Shown here: positions 63,720 to 64,000 of the stretch, piece by piece | Layout: every line of letters begins with the position of its first letter | How positions within the stretch are numbered: position 1 is the first letter of the stretch | Source: the human T2T-CHM13v2.0 reference genome, Homo sapiens | Reading direction: 5' to 3' (one strand) | Assembly (NCBI RefSeq): GCF_009914755.1 | Contig: NC_060945.1 | DNA: 64,000 nt | Program-made: the position numbers and the translations under genes | Notes under the pieces: model-generated | What the model was told of the DNA's origin: nothing | The model's input: only the letters and a program-made list of their open reading frames with translations | The model's database searches: none

Positions 63720-64000
63720 ATACAAAAACCCGCATGTGAATGCTTATAGCAATTTTATTCATAATTGCTAAAACTAGGAAGCAGCCACAATGTCCTTCAG
63801 CAGGTGAAGGGATAAATAATCAATGGTATATCACACAAAGGAATATTATCCGGCACTGAGAAGAAATGAGCTAGCAAGCCACAGAAAAATATGGAAGAAC
63901 CTTGAAGACATATTACTAAGTGAAAGAAGCCCATCTGAAAAAGCTACACACTGTATGACTCCAACTACACGACATCCTGGAAAAGGTGAAGCTATAGAGA
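63720..64000 (+). mobile_element. L1M 3' region, runs off the window
   Basis: tttattcataattgctaaaactaggaagc...ctaagtgaaagaagcc. Confidence 0.8.

Overview
Primate (human-like) genomic DNA, dense in Alu, MaLR LTR, L1, L2, MIR and DNA-transposon relics, with no supportable protein-coding exon. I recognise it from memory (no database search) as the 5' untranslated part of TIAM1 (human 21q22.11), transcribed on the minus strand: a 180-nt 5'UTR exon at 8918-9097 with canonical AG/GT ends, and an internal CpG-rich promoter with a first exon ending at a donor at 13813. The rest is intronic. Main non-obvious findings: (1) a 2.65-kb processed pseudogene of SPSB1 (54988-57633, minus), bounded by a 14-bp target-site duplication inside an MST LTR, retaining the SOCS-box C-terminus and 3'UTR but apparently lacking the SPRY coding region; (2) a leader packed with uORFs, including two ATG-TGA start-stop elements, plus a candidate 107-nt cassette exon that would re-frame one uORF; (3) a ~140-bp non-Alu inverted duplication (6941-7080 / 7596-7732, core 93% identical) able to fold the pre-mRNA; (4) an AT-rich imperfect palindrome grown inside the retrocopy. 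I see no evidence of a novel multi-gene system. Repeat subfamily names and boundaries are by eye and approximate.
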